This document shows positions 59,491 through 64,000 of a DNA stretch of 64,000 nucleotides, piece after piece (the first letter of the stretch is position 1; every line of letters begins with the position of its first letter). Source of the stretch: the human T2T-CHM13v2.0 reference genome, Homo sapiens. The position numbers were made by a program, and so were the translations under genes. The stretch lies in NCBI RefSeq assembly GCF_009914755.1, contig NC_060930.1; one strand, given 5' to 3'. The notes under the pieces were generated by a model that saw only the letters and a program-made list of their open reading frames with translations, did no database searches and was not told the DNA's origin.

Positions 59491-61359
59491 TAGCCCTTGT
59501 TTTCCAGTTCCCAGCATACCCTTATTACTTATTTTTAAAACGACAAACCTTACCAGTAAGTATCAATTAAATAGGCTCCTGTAAGCTGGACTGAAGCCAA
59601 TATGAATGGATCATCTGTTGTAACTTAACAATTCCCAAGGGGCTAGGTACCAGGAGCCATATTAATGAAGCCATGGGATAACACAGCTAAAAGCATCATC
59701 AAAAGTCCAAATTGCTCACATAACATAAATCCTTTGCCCTTCAATAAAAGCAGGGCCTCTAGAGAGCAAAGTAAGACCAAAAGAGTGAAGCAGCCTGGAA
59801 AATGGAGGGACTGACAGGATATGGTGTTACATTTGACAGTGAAAGGGCAACAAGTTCAAAGAAGTTAGGGGGACCCTGTGACTAAATATAATCGGTTACC
59901 ATTTTCTTCTAAGTTTGTTTTTATTTTTTATTATTGCTTAACTATTTAAGCTTTGTAATATTATGTCAAGGTATTTGGGTAATAATAGGAGAGATTTTGA
60001 GGCTTCCAAAAAAAAAAACCCAGTAAATGAGTAAGCATTTAAAACACTAAATGTTTCCAAAATCTAAGACTGATACATAAATGCATCAAAATGAATTCAT
60101 AAAGTACATTAATGGTACAGATACATGTTTACACAACTCACTCCATCAAATTTGGCTTCAAAGTGTTTGTTTTCCTACTGTAAAGAATATCGTCAGCAAT
60201 GATTCTATAAAGCTTAAATTGCTTAGCTAAAAGCCTCATGATTTTAAAACAACTCTCTCTGGGCTTATTCTAGGCCAACAAATACTAACTAGGTCTCTAA
60301 AATTCCAAGTTTTGATATGCTATCTTCCACAGTCATTCATTACTAATTATAAATATCAGGCAAATAACAGCAATAGATTAAAACCCAAAGGAAGCATGTA
60401 TTTCAAAGGCTAACAGATAATTCAGATTGGCAATATATATGAAAAGCAACCATCCAGACATACCTTCTAAAAAAAACTGAACTAACTCTCTAAAAAGAGC
60501 TCAATATCGGTTAGACATAGATGAGAGGAAAAAAATGACTCAAATTAATTTAGCAGTGATTAACCAGAACAGTATATCAGATAATGTTTTAGCTTTCATT
60601 TGTCTTTAGTGTTAGATGTTCTCAGATTACTAAAAAAGAGAGGATTCAAGTGAACATTTGGAAGGCCTACCTTGTGCATTTAAGAAGCCAAAATGCAGTT
60701 TCTGAAGAATAAGGTCATGTGTCACTAAACATCAAACATTTTTCAGGATATTAGAATCCTAATTGGGAATGAACATACAATATATTCTATGAAAGACTTA
60801 TAGAGACTGCATTTTCTAAACAGAATTGACTATGAAAATAATGAGAACTGTGGCAGAATGCATTTAATCAATAGAGTGGTATTAAGCAAACAACAACTAT
60901 CCGTAAACAGATTTACTCTCAGCTGGGGAAATAAAAGAGGTTATCATAAGAGAACATGTCTGCAAAGAAACATACAACCAATGAAAAGCAAGTGACTCAA
61001 AGAGATACAGGAAGATGAGCTGAAAGAAAGTGGCTAAGAAGAATGTTCCGAACATCTTAAAGGCTATGTCCAAGGCTTGGGAAGGACCATTACTATACCT
61101 GTAAGAGGAAACCAATGCAGACGGCAATCACAGCCATTTTACTCTTTTCTAAGACCCAGAATCTCTTTTCCATGCCCTGCCTTCAGAAATAACAAAACAC
61201 TGACCCTGAAAGGCATGGCAACAGCCAGGGGACTTGAAGAATACAGTTCATAGAGACCTACTGAGAGCTCCCATCCCACTGCCTCATCACCTCATCCTAC
61301 TGCCTCATACTGATATTGAGGATATCATCAATGTGGTTGGAATCCTAGATGCATTTATA

Positions 61360-61530
61360 AATTTTATGATTCTGAGCAAGTTGCAACCTCTCCAAGCCTT
61401 AGTTTATCTGTAAATTGGGAATAATAAAAGCTACTTTTGTGGGGTTCTTGTGAGAATTACAGATAGTATCTGTAAATCATCTAATCATCTCTGACATACA
61501 GTAGGTGCTATAAACATTAGCTACTGTTAT
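61360..61530 (+). mobile_element. MIR
   Basis: gagcaagtt...aacctctc...atctgtaaattgggaataata. Confidence 0.7.
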
Positions 61531-61942
61531 CAGCAACAGCACTCCAAATACTACGTATCTATTTTGTTCACACACAAAAAACTGTCTTATGACTTGCCAA
61601 TTACTTGCCTTGTAAATCAGTCATGTTTTGCTTTGAATAAGGCAATATTAAAAACAGGAGGAGATAATAGGGTATCTTTAGCTTCCCACCTAAAAGACTA
61701 AAACAGGTTATTAGCTCATACAGACAGCTCCTACCTCCTACTTTACTAAGATCTTAAGCTTGATTAGGAAATAGTAAGCTGCAATATTATCCTTAGATGT
61801 GGCATCATCAAACATAAAAGATAATTTTCTGAATATAAACCCAAGAAAAAAAGAATACCAACATAATCCATCCAAATGAACAACGACAAAAAAATAAATT
61901 TCCACAGAGTATAAATTTAGCCAAACAGGTACCCTAATTTAC

Positions 61943-62076
61943 TTTGTTGTTGTTGTTGTTTGAGACAAGGTCTCACTATGTTGCCCAGGCTGGATTCAAA
62001 CTCCTGGGCTCAAGCACTCCTCCTGCCTCAGTCTCCAGAATAGCTGCAACTGCAGGCACGTGCCACCACACCCAGC
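61943..62076 (-). mobile_element. Alu monomer (FLAM-like) with (GTT)n tail
   Basis: GTACCCT(A/C)ATTTA TSD. Confidence 0.8.
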
Positions 62077-62535
62077 ACAAGTACCCTCATTTAACCAGGT
62101 TTGTTTGATCTCCAATCCGTTTGAAGAGAAAAAAATACACTACAAGACATGAAGTTCTAGCATATCTAAATTTTAAAAGCAACAATTTCTGGAATACATT
62201 CTACAGTAAGGACAAAGTCACCTAATCCATTTTCTATATGTATGCTTTTAAACAGAGACCAAATGTCAACAAAGACAACCTGAGTCACTTTAAGAATCAA
62301 CATAATTATAATTATGTGTCCGGAGCTGACCTGAGGCAGAAACAGAACTAATTTCTACACTTTACATCATTTTCTGTGGAATCCTCAACTAATCAAAATA
62401 TGAAATCATGATTTTCCAAAAAATCCTGTTAACCCAGAATTTCATGTGTTCCTGAAAAGCTCTGAAATTACACCAAACCCTGCCCAAGTTGTTTTCATTC
62501 CTAAAAGTAATGTACAATGAAAACATTGGACTTAC

Positions 62536-62668
62536 TCAGATTTGCTGTCATGGATTCTAAGTCTGCGATTAAAGCTGGGAGCTGCTGGAGCTGCTCTTGC
62601 AGCTCCACGAGGCTTGTCTTTTTCTTCTCCCAGTGCGCAGAAAGCATGACCACCTCGCTATCCACCAG
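62536..62668 (-). CDS. DTNBP1: DTNBP1 exon 5 (133 nt): LVDSEVVMLSAHWEKKKTSLVELQEQLQQLPALIADLESMTANL(T)
   Basis: Reverse complement reads tgctgcag|CTGGTGGAT...AATCTGA|gtaagt; translation matches dysbindin-1; ends in phase 1. Confidence 0.98.
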
Positions 62669-63591
62669 CTGCAGCACACAAGAAGGGGGGTAAAGTGAAA
62701 CCAGGTTTTAGGCACAAAGAAAGTACAGTTAACGTAATGAGATTTAATGTTATCTTTAACAACCCCTCTACTCAGTAGAGATTACGGTACATTCTAAAAG
62801 AGACTGAAGTTGTTTTCATTTTTAGAAAAGAAACAACTTAATATTCAGTGCAGGAAACCTCCAATTACTGCTTGTATCAGTGCATCTTAACCCACAGAAG
62901 AGAAAGTTTAAAAATGACTTCAGAAGTCACTTCTAAGTATACCCTGTTTTAAGCAGACCATGTATTTGAAAAGCTAAATCTAGAAAAAAAAAAAACAAAA
63001 ACAAAAAACTACCACTAACAACCAAAAAGAAAACAAACATAAAACATAATTAACGGGTAATTATTGGCTTTACGAAAGGAAGTCTTCAAAGAAAAGTTCC
63101 CTAATACATTTAGAATATACCATGTTTCAATTTACATTTAAACAGGAATACTTATTGCATAAAGTATATAAAGGAATTTTGAGGAAACTGGCCAATTCCA
63201 GAATTCCAGAAAAAGAGGAAATGATTTAAGTTAATGAGGAATTCAGCAGATGTAAAGGGTTCCTAATAGCAAGGTTGTGAAATTCTAGAATAGCCTAAGA
63301 TAATTCTAACTTCTTTTGCTAAAGACTATAAAGAAAATGACAGACATTAGTTTCTCCCAGACAATTCTGTTTTGGTCTTAACATAGTGGGAGGGACAAGG
63401 GCCTAGAAAGACTTAGAAGGAGCAAGAAGAGGTGATCTTTTGAAAATATCAACATGAATAAGCAAGAACTGTGGAAAAAACTCCATAATCTGTACGATAA
63501 AAAATAAAGGTAACAAAACCCATTATATGACAGAAGAAAATGAATTTGAGTATTCAAAACAGACAATTTGTACATCTCAAGATTAAGGTTC

Positions 63592-63922
<331 letters not shown>

Positions 63923-64000
63923 TAGAATCTGAATACAACTGATTCTTACTAAGTTCCACTTAATAAATTAAGAAAGAACTTTGGAGGAATGAATATATCA

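Overview
Human (primate-repeat-rich) genomic DNA lying entirely inside the DTNBP1 (dysbindin-1, BLOC1S8) gene, which runs on the minus strand. Three canonical coding exons were read directly from the sequence, each with GT-AG boundaries: exon 5 (62536-62668, LVDSEVVMLSAHWEKK...), exon 6 (50460-50592, [15 protein letters not shown]...) and the 23-nt exon 7 (28253-28275, KELETFK). The rest is introns 4-7, dense with Alu, L1, L2, MIR, solo LTRs, Tigger1, Tigger2a and MER5. Apart from one ORF overlapping exon 7 and the Tigger1 transposase remnants, the ORF track is repeat-derived or chance. The best hunt result is a hidden exon in intron 7 (ATG 20955 to GTAGGT donor at 20912). It encodes MSSPGLTENSQRDP in the phase needed to splice into exon 8, predicting an internal-promoter isoform of about 195 aa that lacks most of the coiled coil and resembles DBNDD1/2. 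Other findings include a 150-nt candidate exon between inverted Alus, a young AluYa5, a locally templated 26-bp insertion, an orphan 51-bp TSD-flanked insert, a tailless Alu and several hairpins. I see no wholly new multi-gene system. Repeat subfamily names and boundaries are by eye and approximate.
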